The notes under the pieces were generated by a model. The model had not been told where the DNA came from. It ran no database searches and saw nothing but the letters and a program-made list of their open reading frames with translations. A DNA stretch of 64,000 bases, taken from assembly GCA_963850305.1 (NCBI GenBank), contig CAWKKR010000006.1, positions 96,001 through 160,000 of the forward strand. Reading direction: 5' to 3'. The position numbers and the translations under genes were made by a program. This stretch comes from an uncultured delta proteobacterium (GTDB taxonomy: Bacteria > Myxococcota_A > Polyangia > Polyangiales > Polyangiaceae). Positions 1 through 10,677 of this stretch are shown piece by piece (the first letter of the stretch is position 1; every line of letters starts with the position of its first letter).

Positions 1-873
1 GCGCCGTGGCTGCCAACTGTCGTCTACGTCGGGGCGCTCGTTCTCTTGGCGAGCATTGCGTGGACACTCGCGCCGCTGATGCGCCGCGAGCCTGCGGTTC
101 GCTTCTGGGCACTCGGGACCTTGCTGGCGGCTCTGCCGGCGTGCTCGCAGGTGCCCTCCGATCGGCTCCTTCTGTACACGGGCGTGGGAGCGCAGGCACT
201 AGTTGCGCGGTTCCTTGCGGCCGTGCTCCGCCGAGAACCGTGGACGAAGTCGAGCACTCTTGCCAGCGTGGGTACGGGCGCTGTCGCTGCCCTGTTCGTG
301 GTCTTGCATCTCGTGATCGCGCCCCTCTGGTTGCCGCTGCGTTCCCGCGGGCCCGCGGATGTGGATTCGATGCTGTCGCTCGCGGACCGAACTTTGCCGC
401 GCGATCCGGCAGTGGCGCGAAAGACCGTCGTCCTGGTGAATCCGCCGGCGGACGCGTTTGCGGGTTACGTCATGATGAAGCGCGCCGCGACCGGTGTCGT
501 GCGTCCGGGTAGGTTGCGCTGGCTTGCGACGGGGGCGAGCGACATGGTCGTCGAGCGGCTTGACACGAGATCGTTGCGCGTCGAGCTGAAGGATGGATTT
601 CTCTCCCTCGCATCGGAAAGGATGCAGCGAAGTTCAGGAAACCCGATGCTCGTCGGTTACACGGTGTCGTTGTCCGGTATGACCGTCCGCGTGACCAAGG
701 TCACCGCGGACCTCAGACCGAAGGAGATCATCGCCACGTTCGATGCGCCCCTCGAAGATCCTGGTCTCGTCTTCTTGAAATGGACGGCGAAGGGCTACGC
801 TCCGTTTGCGATCCCGGCGATTGGCGCCCACGTCGAATTGCCGGCGCTCGATTTCACGACGCTCCGGATGTGA
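1..873 (+). CDS. Membrane protein, 5'-truncated by the window edge
   Basis: Frame of ORF 46..873 is open from the window start; hydrophobic helices are followed by a soluble C-terminal domain. Confidence 0.6.
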   Translation, partial: APWLPTVVYVGALVLLASIAWTLAPLMRREPAVRFWALGTLLAALPACSQVPSDRLLLYTGVGAQALVARFLAAVLRREPWTKSSTLASVGTGAVAALFVVLHLVIAPLWLPLRSRGPADVDSMLSLADRTLPRDPAVARKTVVLVNPPADAFAGYVMMKRAATGVVRPGRLRWLATGASDMVVERLDTRSLRVELKDGFLSLASERMQRSSGNPMLVGYTVSLSGMTVRVTKVTADLRPKEIIATFDAPLEDPGLVFLKWTAKGYAPFAIPAIGAHVELPALDFTTLRM

Positions 874-883
874 CCGCGTCGTG

Positions 884-3446
884 TCACTCGTACAGGACGG
901 CGCTGGTGACGTCGGTGCGCGCGGCCCGGTACGCGGGGATCCCTCCTGCGAGCGCGGACGTTGCGAGGACGAGGCCTGAAATCCGGCCGGCGCTCGCCCA
1001 GGGGAAGACGTAATAGAGGTGCCACCCGGTGTCCGAGAGCAGCACGGTCTTCAAGAAAACGAGACATTGCACCACCCCGAGACCCACGCCGGCCACCATT
1101 CCGCAAAACCCGAGGAAACCTGCCTCGACCACTATCGACAACGCTACTTGTCGTGACGTGGCCCCGATCGCCCGTAGCATGCCGATCTCCCGCGCCCTGT
1201 CGAGGACGGCTGCAATCATCGTGCCCGCGATGCCCATCAGCGCGATGAAGAGCGTCACGATCTCGACGGATCGCGAGTAGGAAAACGTTTCGGTGAGCGA
1301 ATCGGAAAGGCTACTCTTGATGCTCTCGGTTTTCGTGACGAAGACCGCGTCACCTCCTCCGAGGGTGGCGCGAATTCCGTCGGCGACGGTGTCTACGTTG
1401 GCCCCCGGAGCGAGGTAGACGTTCACCGCGTCCACCGCCTGGTCAGCCCAGTATTTCAAAAATTCGCTTCGATCGATGAACGCCGCCCCTCGCTCGGACG
1501 TGTAATCCACGATCACGGCGCGAATGTCGAAGGTGACGCGCCCCTGCGGTGTCGCCAGCGACACCGTGTCGCCGGCGTGGAGCCCAAGGCGTCGCGCGGC
1601 GCTCTCGCCGAGCAAGAGCCGCGGCGCGGAGCTGAGATCGCCTTTGTGCAATGGGGCGCCATCCACGACGGGCCAGCGCTTACCGCGCAGGCCGGCCTCC
1701 CCGATGAACTCGTTGGTATCGGTTGCAACGAGCTTGATCGACTTGCCCATGACATCCTGATCGACGAGCCGGAACCGCTGGACCGCCGCCACGCCAGGTA
1801 CCCGGGCGATCTCGTCCGGGGCTTCGGGGCTCAGGAGGACGTGACGCCGATCGAGAATGGGTGAACCGGCCGTGACGCTCAGGTCGGAGACGCTCATTTG
1901 ATCGAACCAGTCGCCGATGGACCGCTCGAACGACGAGATCCAGCCGCCGACCGAGACGCTCATGCTTACCGCGACCATCAGCGCCAGCACGTTCACGGTG
2001 CTCCGTCCCAGGGTGCGTTCCACGTAGTCGAGGCCAAGCCTGCCCGGAAGCCCGAGTACGCGCTCGACCGTACCAACGATGGCCCATCTGACGAACACGA
2101 CGATCGCGGGAGTCGCGAATGCGGCCCCCACGACGGCCGACGTGAGCGCAATGGCCCCACCCATGATGGACGTTCCGAGAACCGGCAACCAGGACCCGGC
2201 GAGAAACACGACGCCGACTCCGAGAAGACGCAGGTAAGGTACCTGCGATCGTTCGAATCGAGGACGCGCCGCGCAGCACGATGGCTGGGTCGAGAGAGGC
2301 TCCACGACGCGCCGGCCAGATGGCGGCGACGACCGCCGTGCAGAGTCCCGCGACGGCTCCTTTCGCGGCGAGGGCCAGCGTCAGGTGCGGTTCGACGGGC
2401 GCAACGGACACGAAGAGACGGTTCAGGGCGTCCAGCATCCGCGCCGTGGAAAAGTGAGCGAGAGTTCGGGCAAGGACGAGCCCCAACCCCACGCCCGGGA
2501 TCGCCAGCAGGCACGCCTCCAGACAGAACAAGAGTACCGTGCGATTTCGCGTGATCCCGAGTGCGCGGAGGACGCCTATTTCGCGCCGCCGTTGAACGAT
2601 GGCGATGCCGACGGCGTTGTAAACGAGAAACGCCCCCACGAGCAGCGAGATGTACCCGGACAGCTTCAGTGCCGAGCGAAGGGGCAAGGTGAGTGCGCGA
2701 AGGCGCGCCCCGAGCCGGTCCGGCTTCTCGACGGTGAATCCACCGCCGATCTTCTGCTGGATGCGATCCGCGAGTGCCCCGAGATCGGTACCGGGATCGG
2801 CCGCGACGTCGATGCGGTCCACGAACGTGCCCCGCGCGAACGACTCCTCCGCGGCGTCTATGAACATGACGGCAACCTGTCCTCCGAACGACGCTGCAGG
2901 CCCCGTGTCTTCGAGAACGCCGCGCACGTGAAACTCCTTGGGTCCGTTGGCCGTGAGCAAGCGAAGCCGGCTGCCCTTGGAGAGACCGTGCCGAGAGGCA
3001 AACCGCGCCGACACGAGCAACGCGGTCGGATCGTTGACGAAGGCGAGAGGGTCTTCGATCGCTCGGGTGTCGCCCTCCTTGACGTTGAACGGCAAGAAGT
3101 GGAGGTCCCCGAGGAAGTCGACCCCGAGAACCAGGAGGGACTCGCCGAAGTCGGGGGCCTGGGTGGTCACCTCGAGGCTGGCGGCCGCGTGGGCGACGCC
3201 GGGCACGTCCGCAATCGTGGCGACCAGATCCGCCGGAACCCCGACGCCCGCGCTCTGAACCGTCAGATCGGCGCGACCGGAGACTCGTGCGACGATCTCC
3301 GCGAACGCGGCCATCATGCTTTGCGCCGTCGCTTCGGTGGCCACGAACAGGGCGACGCCGAGACCGATACCGATGACGACGAGTACGGAGCGCAGGGGCG
3401 CCCGCGTCCAGTGACGAAGGCTGATCTCACGAAGTAGGGCGAACAT
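884..3446 (-). CDS. MacB/FtsX-like ABC transporter permease, split by a 1-bp insertion near 2255-2259
   Basis: ORFs 1680..3446 and 884..2305 each carry a (Q/D)RxREIGxLRAxG FtsX-type motif; removing one base in GAATC joins ...RGASSI to ERSQVPYL... Confidence 0.85.
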
Positions 3447-3936
3447 CGCGGCGGTGGATGAGGGCCGAGAGAACGACGAACGGCGCCACCAGAGCGCCTT
3501 CGATCGCGGAGAGACTGGTCTTCAATTCGATGAACGAAAAGCGGGGCAGGGCCGTCGCGCCGGAGAGAGCCAGCGCGGCCAGCACCGGGCCCGCGAAGAA
3601 CGGCATCGAGACCAGGCCGAGGACCATCGCACGGCCAAGCAGACCGCGCCGCTGGAGCGCCAGGATGCCGAGGACATCGGTCGCGACGTCAGGTGGAATG
3701 ATGCGACCGCGTGCCACGTCGAGCTTGGCTTGGAGGGCGGCGCCGAGGCAAGTGCCGAACGCGACGCCGAAGGCCGTCGCCAGGACGTCCGGAAAAACGC
3801 CGGGCGCCTTCCAGACGGGAAACGCAACGAGCCCGCGCGTGGCGAGCCATCCGAGCCCGCCATTTATCAGGCCGTTGACGACCCCCGAACCGATGGCGCT
3901 GTCGACGAAGAGATAACGACGGTGCTCAGGGGACAT
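3427..3936 (-). CDS. Hypothetical integral membrane protein
   Basis: About 4 hydrophobic segments; overlaps both neighbours in an operon. Confidence 0.65.
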   Translation of the reverse strand: MSPEHRRYLFVDSAIGSGVVNGLINGGLGWLATRGLVAFPVWKAPGVFPDVLATAFGVAFGTCLGAALQAKLDVARGRIIPPDVATDVLGILALQRRGLLGRAMVLGLVSMPFFAGPVLAALALSGATALPRFSFIELKTSLSAIEGALVAPFVVLSALIHRRDVRPTS

Positions 3937-4837
3937 CGCGGTGCGACCTTCCCGCCGCATCCGAAGTGCGGAACATGTACTGGATATCCGTGTGTCGATC
4001 GAAGAAATAGCCGAACAGCGCGAGAAATAGAGTCTGCGGGGTGAACAGCCGCAGCGGCGTACGTATGGGCTCCGTGATGAGATCGAAGCAGTCGTCGTTG
4101 CAGCGGACGTAGTGAAGGACGAATCGCGGATTCATCGTGGGCACGAGCGTGTTGTTGAACATCGTCGAATAAAATCGCTCCGTCTTCCACCCGAGCGCTT
4201 CCGCGGCGGTCTGGAGCGCGACCGCCGAGAAAATATGGCGGTGATACGGCTGGTGCAGCGTGTGGATGAAGTCGTTCGCGCGGCTGAGATCGATCGCCGC
4301 GGCGTCCGGCGTCCCGAGCGATACCAGCCCGCCTGGTTCGACCATTCGATCGAACGTACGGAGCAGCTCCAGAGGCTCCGCGACGTGCTCGATGACATCT
4401 TGCGAGATGATGCAGTCGTACCGCTGTTCGAGCACGCTCGGATCCCGGAATGCTGCAGCGTACTCGTCGTAGCCCGTCGCGTTTTCGTACCCCTTCGAGC
4501 GGAGATAAAGGACCAGGCTGCCCGAGCCCGAGCCGTAGTCCAGTATGCGGTGTTCCGGCAACAGCCCGGCCTTCTTCAGACGCCGAAGCATGCTGCCGTA
4601 GACTACATCGAGCTTCCAATCGAGATTCGCGGCGAAGATCGGATAGCACGCGTAGTAGTGCGGAAGATCGACGTCGTCGGTCGCGTGGATCGAACTGCAC
4701 GCCGGACAGCGCCAGAGCCCGAACGGCTCTTCACGAAAGCGCCGGACGTTGGAGCACACTTCCGCGCGCTCGCAATCCGACGTCGACGCGACGCGCGCGC
4801 CGCAGATGTTGCACACGAACTTCGCGGGGTCCGTCAC
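3926..4837 (-). CDS. Class I SAM-dependent methyltransferase with N-terminal CxxC pairs
   Basis: ILDYGSGSG motif I, DVIEHV motif, CNIC and CPAC. Confidence 0.85.
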   Translation of the reverse strand: MTDPAKFVCNICGARVASTSDCERAEVCSNVRRFREEPFGLWRCPACSSIHATDDVDLPHYYACYPIFAANLDWKLDVVYGSMLRRLKKAGLLPEHRILDYGSGSGSLVLYLRSKGYENATGYDEYAAAFRDPSVLEQRYDCIISQDVIEHVAEPLELLRTFDRMVEPGGLVSLGTPDAAAIDLSRANDFIHTLHQPYHRHIFSAVALQTAAEALGWKTERFYSTMFNNTLVPTMNPRFVLHYVRCNDDCFDLITEPIRTPLRLFTPQTLFLALFGYFFDRHTDIQYMFRTSDAAGRSHRDVP

Positions 4838-5514
4838 GAGGACATTGCCTCATCGCGAACGAGGGCTCCGTCGGCCATCGTCAACGTGCGGTCGCCCTTC
4901 CTCGCAACGGCGGGATCATGCGTGACGAGAACCACCGTCCGGTGCGCATCGACGGCCCCGCGGAGAAGTTCGAGGATCGACGCGCCGGTCGTCGAGTCCA
5001 GGTTTCCGGTGGGCTCGTCCGCCAGGAGCAGCGGAGGATCCATCATGAGTGCACGCGCGATCGCCACGCGCTGCATCTCTCCGCCGGACAGCTCGTCCGG
5101 GCGGTGCGTTCCCCGCGCCGTGAGCCCCACGCGCTCCAGCAATTCGCTCGCTCTGGCCCTGGTCGCCGTGCCCGGGCGCCCGGCAAGGCGCGCGGGGAGT
5201 GCGATGTTTTCGAGCGCCGTAAGCGTCGGAAGCAAGTTGAAGAACTGAAACACGAACCCGATGCGATCCCGTCGCGTGTACGTGCGCTCGTCATCGGACA
5301 TCTTGCCGAGGTCGCGCCCCTCGAGCAACACGGCGCCCGAGGTCGGGCGATCGAGCGCGCCCATCAGATTGAGGAGCGTGCTCTTCCCCGAGCCGCTCGC
5401 GCCGACGATGGTGACCAGGGTACCCGGCAGGACGTCGACCGAAACGTCGCGGACGGCGGCCACGGCCTTCCCGCCCGAGCCATATGCGCGGGACACGCTC
5501 TTCAAGCTGATCAT
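4834..5514 (-). CDS. ABC transporter ATP-binding protein (LolD/MacB type)
   Basis: GASGSGKS Walker A, LSGGEMQRVAIARAL, ADEPTGNLD, VTHD. Confidence 0.93.
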   Translation of the reverse strand: MISLKSVSRAYGSGGKAVAAVRDVSVDVLPGTLVTIVGASGSGKSTLLNLMGALDRPTSGAVLLEGRDLGKMSDDERTYTRRDRIGFVFQFFNLLPTLTALENIALPARLAGRPGTATRARASELLERVGLTARGTHRPDELSGGEMQRVAIARALMMDPPLLLADEPTGNLDSTTGASILELLRGAVDAHRTVVLVTHDPAVARKGDRTLTMADGALVRDEAMSS

Positions 5515-5793
5515 GAGTTTGGGGCGACGTCCGGAACAGGCATGCCGGTGGTGGGCGGGTTCCGCCAAGACTTTCGCATCGGCAGGGCTGGTTGAGGCGA
5601 AAAACGTTTCGTAAAAGCGGACGATGGCACGTCGCCTGTCACGCTGCGAGGCCCTTCGTTAGGCGGCGCTTGGCGCGCTTTCCACCGTTCCTCGCCGGTC
5701 GCTCGAACACCAGCAGATCGAGCGGCGTAATGGACGCGGGCGGGACACTGCCGCCGCTCGTCCACGACCGGCGTCGCGGCTTTCAGATCACCG

Positions 5794-7038
5794 TCAGACG
5801 TCGGTTGCGTGCAGATCGTCGACGCGGCGAAGCTCGGGGAAGAGCCAGGCCCAGATGGCCACCACGATGCAGGTGCCGATGCCGCCGATCACGACCGACG
5901 GTACGGTGCCCCAGAGCGCTGCCGTGACCCCCGACTCGAACTCGCCGAGCTCGTTGGACGCGCCGATGAACACCACGTTGACCGCGCTGACGCGCCCTCG
6001 CATCTCCGGAGGCGTCTTGATCTGAACGACCGTGTGCCGCACGACGACACTGACCAGATCCGCGGCCCCGAGAACCACGAGCGCGGCGAGCGACAGCCCG
6101 AAGCTCCTCGACACCCCGAACAGGATGGTCGATAGCCCGAACAGGCCCACACACGCGAACAAGATGAGCCCCGCCCGGCGCCGCATCGGACGATAGGCGA
6201 GAAACACCGCCGTCAGTGCGGCGCCGACGGCGGGAGCGCTTCGGAGTGCGCCGAGGCCGGAGGGGCCCACGTGCAGGATGTCGCGCGCGTAGACCGGGAG
6301 CAGCGCCGTCGCGCCGCCGAGGAGGACGGCGAAGAGATCCAGCGAGATGGAGCCGAGCACGACCTTCTTTCTCCAGACGTACTCCACCCCGGCAAGCACG
6401 GAGCGAAGCGTCCGGTCGCTCTTCGCTGCCCGCGCGGGGATGGCGCGGATCGCCCCGTACGCCAGGAACGCGGCGCCGAACAGGAGCGCGGCCGTGGCGT
6501 ATGCGAGCTTCGCGCCGCCCCAGGCGTAGGTGAGTCCGCCGACGGCCGGGCCCACGATGATCGCGACTTGGAATGCCGAAGAGCCCCAGGCGATGGCGTT
6601 GCCCAGGTGCTCGATCGGTACGAGGTCTGGCATCAGCGCTTGCCCCGCCGGCCCGGCGAGGCCACGCGCACACCCGAAGAGAATCAGGACACCGTAGATC
6701 GGCTTCACCGCGAGCGGCGCGACGACGAACGCCGCGAGCAGCGCTCCCGCGGTGACGACATAGGCCGCCTGGCACGCGGCAAGAATCACCCGTCGATCGA
6801 GTCGATCCGCGAGGTGACCGGCAGGCAACGCGAGCGCGAACGCCGGCACGAACTGCGCGAGCCCCACGTATCCGAGGTCGAGCGGGCGTCGCGTGACGTC
6901 GTAGACGTGCCAGCCCACGGCGACCGACAGAATCTGGGTGCCGACGACGCCGGCAAACCGTGCGGCCTGATAAAGTCGGAAATCGCGATAGCGAAGGGCC
7001 GCGCTCGGCGATGAACGCGTCACATCTGGGCCGTCCAT
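5794..7038 (-). CDS. MFS transporter
   Basis: About 12 TM segments, GHLADRLDRR motif A; start placed at ATG 7038 because the upstream extension is repeat DNA. Confidence 0.9.
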   Translation of the reverse strand: MDGPDVTRSSPSAALRYRDFRLYQAARFAGVVGTQILSVAVGWHVYDVTRRPLDLGYVGLAQFVPAFALALPAGHLADRLDRRVILAACQAAYVVTAGALLAAFVVAPLAVKPIYGVLILFGCARGLAGPAGQALMPDLVPIEHLGNAIAWGSSAFQVAIIVGPAVGGLTYAWGGAKLAYATAALLFGAAFLAYGAIRAIPARAAKSDRTLRSVLAGVEYVWRKKVVLGSISLDLFAVLLGGATALLPVYARDILHVGPSGLGALRSAPAVGAALTAVFLAYRPMRRRAGLILFACVGLFGLSTILFGVSRSFGLSLAALVVLGAADLVSVVVRHTVVQIKTPPEMRGRVSAVNVVFIGASNELGEFESGVTAALWGTVPSVVIGGIGTCIVVAIWAWLFPELRRVDDLHATDV

Positions 7039-7049
7039 GAGCGCGCGCT

Positions 7050-7582
7050 CTACTAACAAAGGGGGGCCTTGCCCCCCGCGGCTTGCTTCGCAACCGCTCC
7101 CCCCGCCGCCTTCGGCGTGCTCGCTGCGCTCGTTTCGTAATGGGGGCCTTGCCCCCGCGGCTCGCTTCGCGACCGCTCCCCCGCCGCCTTCGGCGTGCTC
7201 GCTGCGCTCGTTTCGTAATGGGGGCCTTGCCCCCGCGGCTCGCTTCGCGACCGCTCCCCCGCCGCCTTCGGCGTGCTCGCTGCGCTCGTTTCGTAATGGG
7301 GGCCTTGCCCCCGCGGCTCGCTTCGCGACCGCTCCCCCGCCGCCTTCGGCGTGCTCGCTGCGCTCGTTTCGTAATGGGGGCCTTGCCCCCGCGGCTCGCT
7401 TCGCGACCGCTCCCCCGCCGCCTTCGGCGTGCTCGCTGCGCTCGTTTCGTAATGGGGGCCTTGCCCCCGCGGCTCGCTTCGCGACCGCTCCCCCGCCGCC
7501 TTCGGCGTGCTCGCTGCGCTCGCGTAGTTCCGCACCTCTTTGATCCCTCGGGGACGACGCTGCTCGTCGATGCGGAACTATT
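7050..7582. repeat. Palindromic repeat element with its internal 78-bp unit amplified to 6 tandem copies
   Basis: Unit gggggccttgcccccgcggctcgcttcgcgaccgctcccccgccgccttcggcgtgctcgctgcgctcgtttcgtaat, followed by stem GTAGTTCCGCA...TGCGGAACTA; no unique spacers. Confidence 0.95.
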
Positions 7583-7627
7583 AACACGGGCCGCGTCGGC
7601 GCGCGGCCCCCGGTGAACGAGGTTACT

Positions 7628-8692
7628 TCAGCGGCAGAGCGCGTGCTTCTTCAGGAGTCGGTAGAGATGACCACGCGCGATCCCCGCCTGACGGGCGGCG
7701 AGCGTCATGTTCCCCTGGGAGCGTTCGAGCACTTGCCGGAGGTATTCTGCCTCCCATTCGCCGAGGAGCGCGTCCTTTGCTTCCTTGAACGTCTTCCATT
7801 CGGCCTTCAGCCGATGCGTGCCGGACCTCGCCGACGGGTTTTCGACGCGGAGGATGTCCAGGCCCAGACAATCAGTGGCCGGATCGACGCACATCGCTCT
7901 CTGAATGACGCTGGCAAGCTCGCGCAGATTGCCGGGCCATTCGTACCGCGTGAGAACCTCGAGCGCGTCACCTGCGATCATCGGCGCGGGTCGGCCCTGC
8001 GCGCGTGCGAAATCCGCGATGACGTCGCGGACCAGCAGCGCGATGTCATCGGCGCGCTCACGCAGCGGCGGCATCTCGATGCGCGTCGCGAACAGTCGCT
8101 CCGACGCTTCCAGCCTCGACGTGCCGGACGCCGTCGTCGGCTGAAGCTCCAGCGATGTGGACGCAATGATGCGGACATCGCCGGATACGCTGCTAGGAAA
8201 GGGGGGCCTTGGCCCCCCGCGGCTCGCTTCGCGACCGCTCCCCCCGCCGCCTTCGGCGTGCTCGCTCCGCTCGCGTAGTTCCCCACCGCTTTCATCCCTC
8301 GGGGACGACGCGCGCGTCGATGCGGACCTGCTGACGAGCTCGAGGCGCCGCCCGACGATTCTCGACAGCAGGGGCTCGCTCTTCGTGAGCAACTCGCCGA
8401 TCTCGTCGAGAAAGAGCGTGCCGCCCGTCGCCTGGCGCTTCTTCTCCAGGACCTCGAGCTCGCGCGCCGCCGGCTCTATACTGCCGAGCTCGCACACGAC
8501 GAACGGGCCACCGGCGCGCGCCGACGCTCGATGGATCGCCGCAGCGAGCTCCGCCTTGCCGGTTCCGGGCTCGCCGGAGATGAGCACCGCCGTATCGAGT
8601 TCTGCGGCCTTGTCGCGTTGCGCGCGCAGTTGCTCCGCGCGCCAGCTCGTTCCACGGAAAATGAGGGTGTCGTTGTCGCTGTTTGCTTCCAT
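7628..8692 (-). CDS. Sigma54-interaction AAA+ / Fis-HTH regulator, degenerate (no GAFTGA), with a 46-aa in-frame repeat insertion
   Basis: GEPGTGK, GGTLFLDEIGE, DVRIIAST, PPLRER, WPGNLREL, C-terminal GNMTLAARQAGIARGHLYRLL. Confidence 0.85.
   Translation of the reverse strand: MEANSDNDTLIFRGTSWRAEQLRAQRDKAAELDTAVLISGEPGTGKAELAAAIHRASARAGGPFVVCELGSIEPAARELEVLEKKRQATGGTLFLDEIGELLTKSEPLLSRIVGRRLELVSRSASTRASSPRDESGGELRERSEHAEGGGGSGREASRGGPRPPFPSSVSGDVRIIASTSLELQPTTASGTSRLEASERLFATRIEMPPLRERADDIALLVRDVIADFARAQGRPAPMIAGDALEVLTRYEWPGNLRELASVIQRAMCVDPATDCLGLDILRVENPSARSGTHRLKAEWKTFKEAKDALLGEWEAEYLRQVLERSQGNMTLAARQAGIARGHLYRLLKKHALCR
8190..8332. mobile_element. Single copy of the palindromic MITE/REPIN-like element inside a coding sequence
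   Basis: Closely matches the 7050-7582 element; CTGCT at 8190-8194 and 8328-8332, 138 bp apart. Confidence 0.85.
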
Positions 8693-8969
8693 TGGCCTTC
8701 CACGAGAGGGCTCACCAGCGGCGAGCGGGGACGGAGGCGTTCACCGGTGGCCCATGGCCGACTGGCTTCACGCTTCCCGGACGGAGCGAAGTCTACGAAA
8801 AGGGAAGTCGAGCTTCAGCGATGATCGTTCGCGAGGGCGATCGGCAATCTCCGCGGAAGCGTGAAGCCTCGGCGCATCCCTATTTAGCGGGTCGCCAGGA
8901 ACTGTCCAGTCGATGAGAATGCTTTTTCGACCGACGCGAGCCGACGGACCGAACGGAGTCGGGCGTTCG

Positions 8970-10577
8970 TCACGGTGGCGTCGTGGCCCGACGCATCAAT
9001 TCGTCGAACACGCGGTCGCGGGCGACGGTACCCGTGTTGACCAGCGCTCGAGCCTCGGCGAGCGAGGCGTCGATGATTTCGGCGAAGGCCTCGGCGGGCT
9101 GCGCGCCGACCAGGCGCCGTCCATTGATGAAGAAATGCGGCGTTCCCGCCGCGCCGAACGCTTGCGCGACGCGCATGTCGGCGTCGATCACCGGCGCGTC
9201 CAGGTCGCCCGCGATCGCGGTTCGGACAGTCGGCCAATCGAGGTGCAATCCGACCGCGATCCGCTCGAGGTCCGATTCTCCGAGTCTGGGCTCGCTCGCG
9301 TAGATCAGGTCGACGGCCCTCCAGAACCCAGCGTCGCCCAGCTTCTTTCGGGCTTCGATCGCGAGAGTGGCGGCCGGGCGCGAGCGATCGTGAAACGGGA
9401 GAGGAAGGTGCTTGAACACGACGCGAAGGTCCGCGCCGTACTTCTGCTCCAGCGCCGCGAGCGTCGGCTGGACGCGCTTGCAGAACGGGCACTGGAAGTC
9501 CGAAAACTCGATGACGGTCACCAGTGCGTCCCGGGGCCCGAGCACCGGCGAGTCCCCGACGGGCACGTTCCAGACGGTCGTGTCCGGGGCGTCGGCTGCT
9601 TCGGGCGCCTGATAGTTCCGTTTCGTTCGCGCCGAGTAAACGTCGGCGGGCTTCATGCCGTTCGCAACCAGGAGCCGGCCTTCCGCAAGCTCGCGCTCGA
9701 TCGGTCCAGTGAACTCGATGGCAGGCACCGCCCCCGAGATCGGAATGCCGTTGATCAGAAATCCCGGGGTCCCGTCGATGCCCAGACGGTTCGCGAGCGT
9801 GACGTCCGCATCCACTCGCGCGACGACTTCCGGCGACTGCGCGCGGGCTTCGAGGGCAGCCGGCGCGACGCCATAGGCCGCCGCGACTCGCTCCAGGTCC
9901 TCGGCGTCGAGGTGCGACTGATCGCCGAAGAGAGCGCCGACGAACCCGAAGAACGCAGACGGTCCCGCGAGGTCCATCACCGCTCGAGCGGCTCGCGCCG
10001 CGGGCGCCGCGTGAGGATGAAAGGGAAGCGGATCGTGCTTGAAGACGATGCGGAGCTGTTCGGGGCCGTAGTGCGCCTGCAGTGTGGCGAGCGTCGGCTG
10101 CACGCGCGCGCAAAAGGGGCACTCGAGATCCGAGAACTCCACGATCGTCACCGGAGCCGTCGCGTCGCCCCACGTCGCATCGTCGGCGAGGATCGGCACG
10201 GGCGAATCGGGTGCGCTCGTCGCCGCTCCGACGGGCTGCGGCGCGACGGCGACGGTTGCCGGCGACCGCGCCGGGGCCACCGCTTGCGATGCCGGAGCTC
10301 CTGCCGCGCGCGCTCGTGGCGCGACGCATCCCGTCGTCGACCCGCAGAGGATCAGCGCAAGCGTGCCCGAGCGGGACGCGCGGACCCACGCTGCGGGCTC
10401 CCTTCGCGGGGAGCCCGACGGCTGGCGCCGGAGCAAGGGGTCCTTCCGTGACCGTCGGAAATCCGATAAGCCCTGGCTGCCGGGCGACTCGCGGGTCGCG
10501 GACACGAAGAGAAACACCGTGCGAATACCTTCCTTCCCGGGGGCGCAGCCGGGCAGCCTAGTCGCCTCGTACTTCAA
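8970..10577 (-). CDS. DsbA-like protein with two thioredoxin domains; true start probably downstream, near 10400
   Basis: EFSDLECPFC and EFSDFQCPFC, GTPGFLING and GTPHFFING; lipobox-like ILCGSTTGC. Confidence 0.88.
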   Translation of the reverse strand: MKYEATRLPGCAPGKEGIRTVFLFVSATRESPGSQGLSDFRRSRKDPLLRRQPSGSPRREPAAWVRASRSGTLALILCGSTTGCVAPRARAAGAPASQAVAPARSPATVAVAPQPVGAATSAPDSPVPILADDATWGDATAPVTIVEFSDLECPFCARVQPTLATLQAHYGPEQLRIVFKHDPLPFHPHAAPAARAARAVMDLAGPSAFFGFVGALFGDQSHLDAEDLERVAAAYGVAPAALEARAQSPEVVARVDADVTLANRLGIDGTPGFLINGIPISGAVPAIEFTGPIERELAEGRLLVANGMKPADVYSARTKRNYQAPEAADAPDTTVWNVPVGDSPVLGPRDALVTVIEFSDFQCPFCKRVQPTLAALEQKYGADLRVVFKHLPLPFHDRSRPAATLAIEARKKLGDAGFWRAVDLIYASEPRLGESDLERIAVGLHLDWPTVRTAIAGDLDAPVIDADMRVAQAFGAAGTPHFFINGRRLVGAQPAEAFAEIIDASLAEARALVNTGTVARDRVFDELMRRATTPP

Positions 10578-10677
10578 TCGGGGGGCAAAGACGCTTGCGC
10601 GTCTCTAGCAGATGCCGGCCCTTCTCGGGCCTCACCCGTTGTCGGCTCGACTCGAGTGGGAGTCGCGGTAGCCGGTA

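Noticed and set aside
7050..7582. CRISPR array
   Set aside because: Units are head-to-tail near-identical with no unique spacers, and there are no cas genes
7039..7587. N-terminal extension of the MFS protein and the overlapping repeat ORFs
   Set aside because: These are translations of the repeat array; the MFS-like sequence starts at ATG 7038
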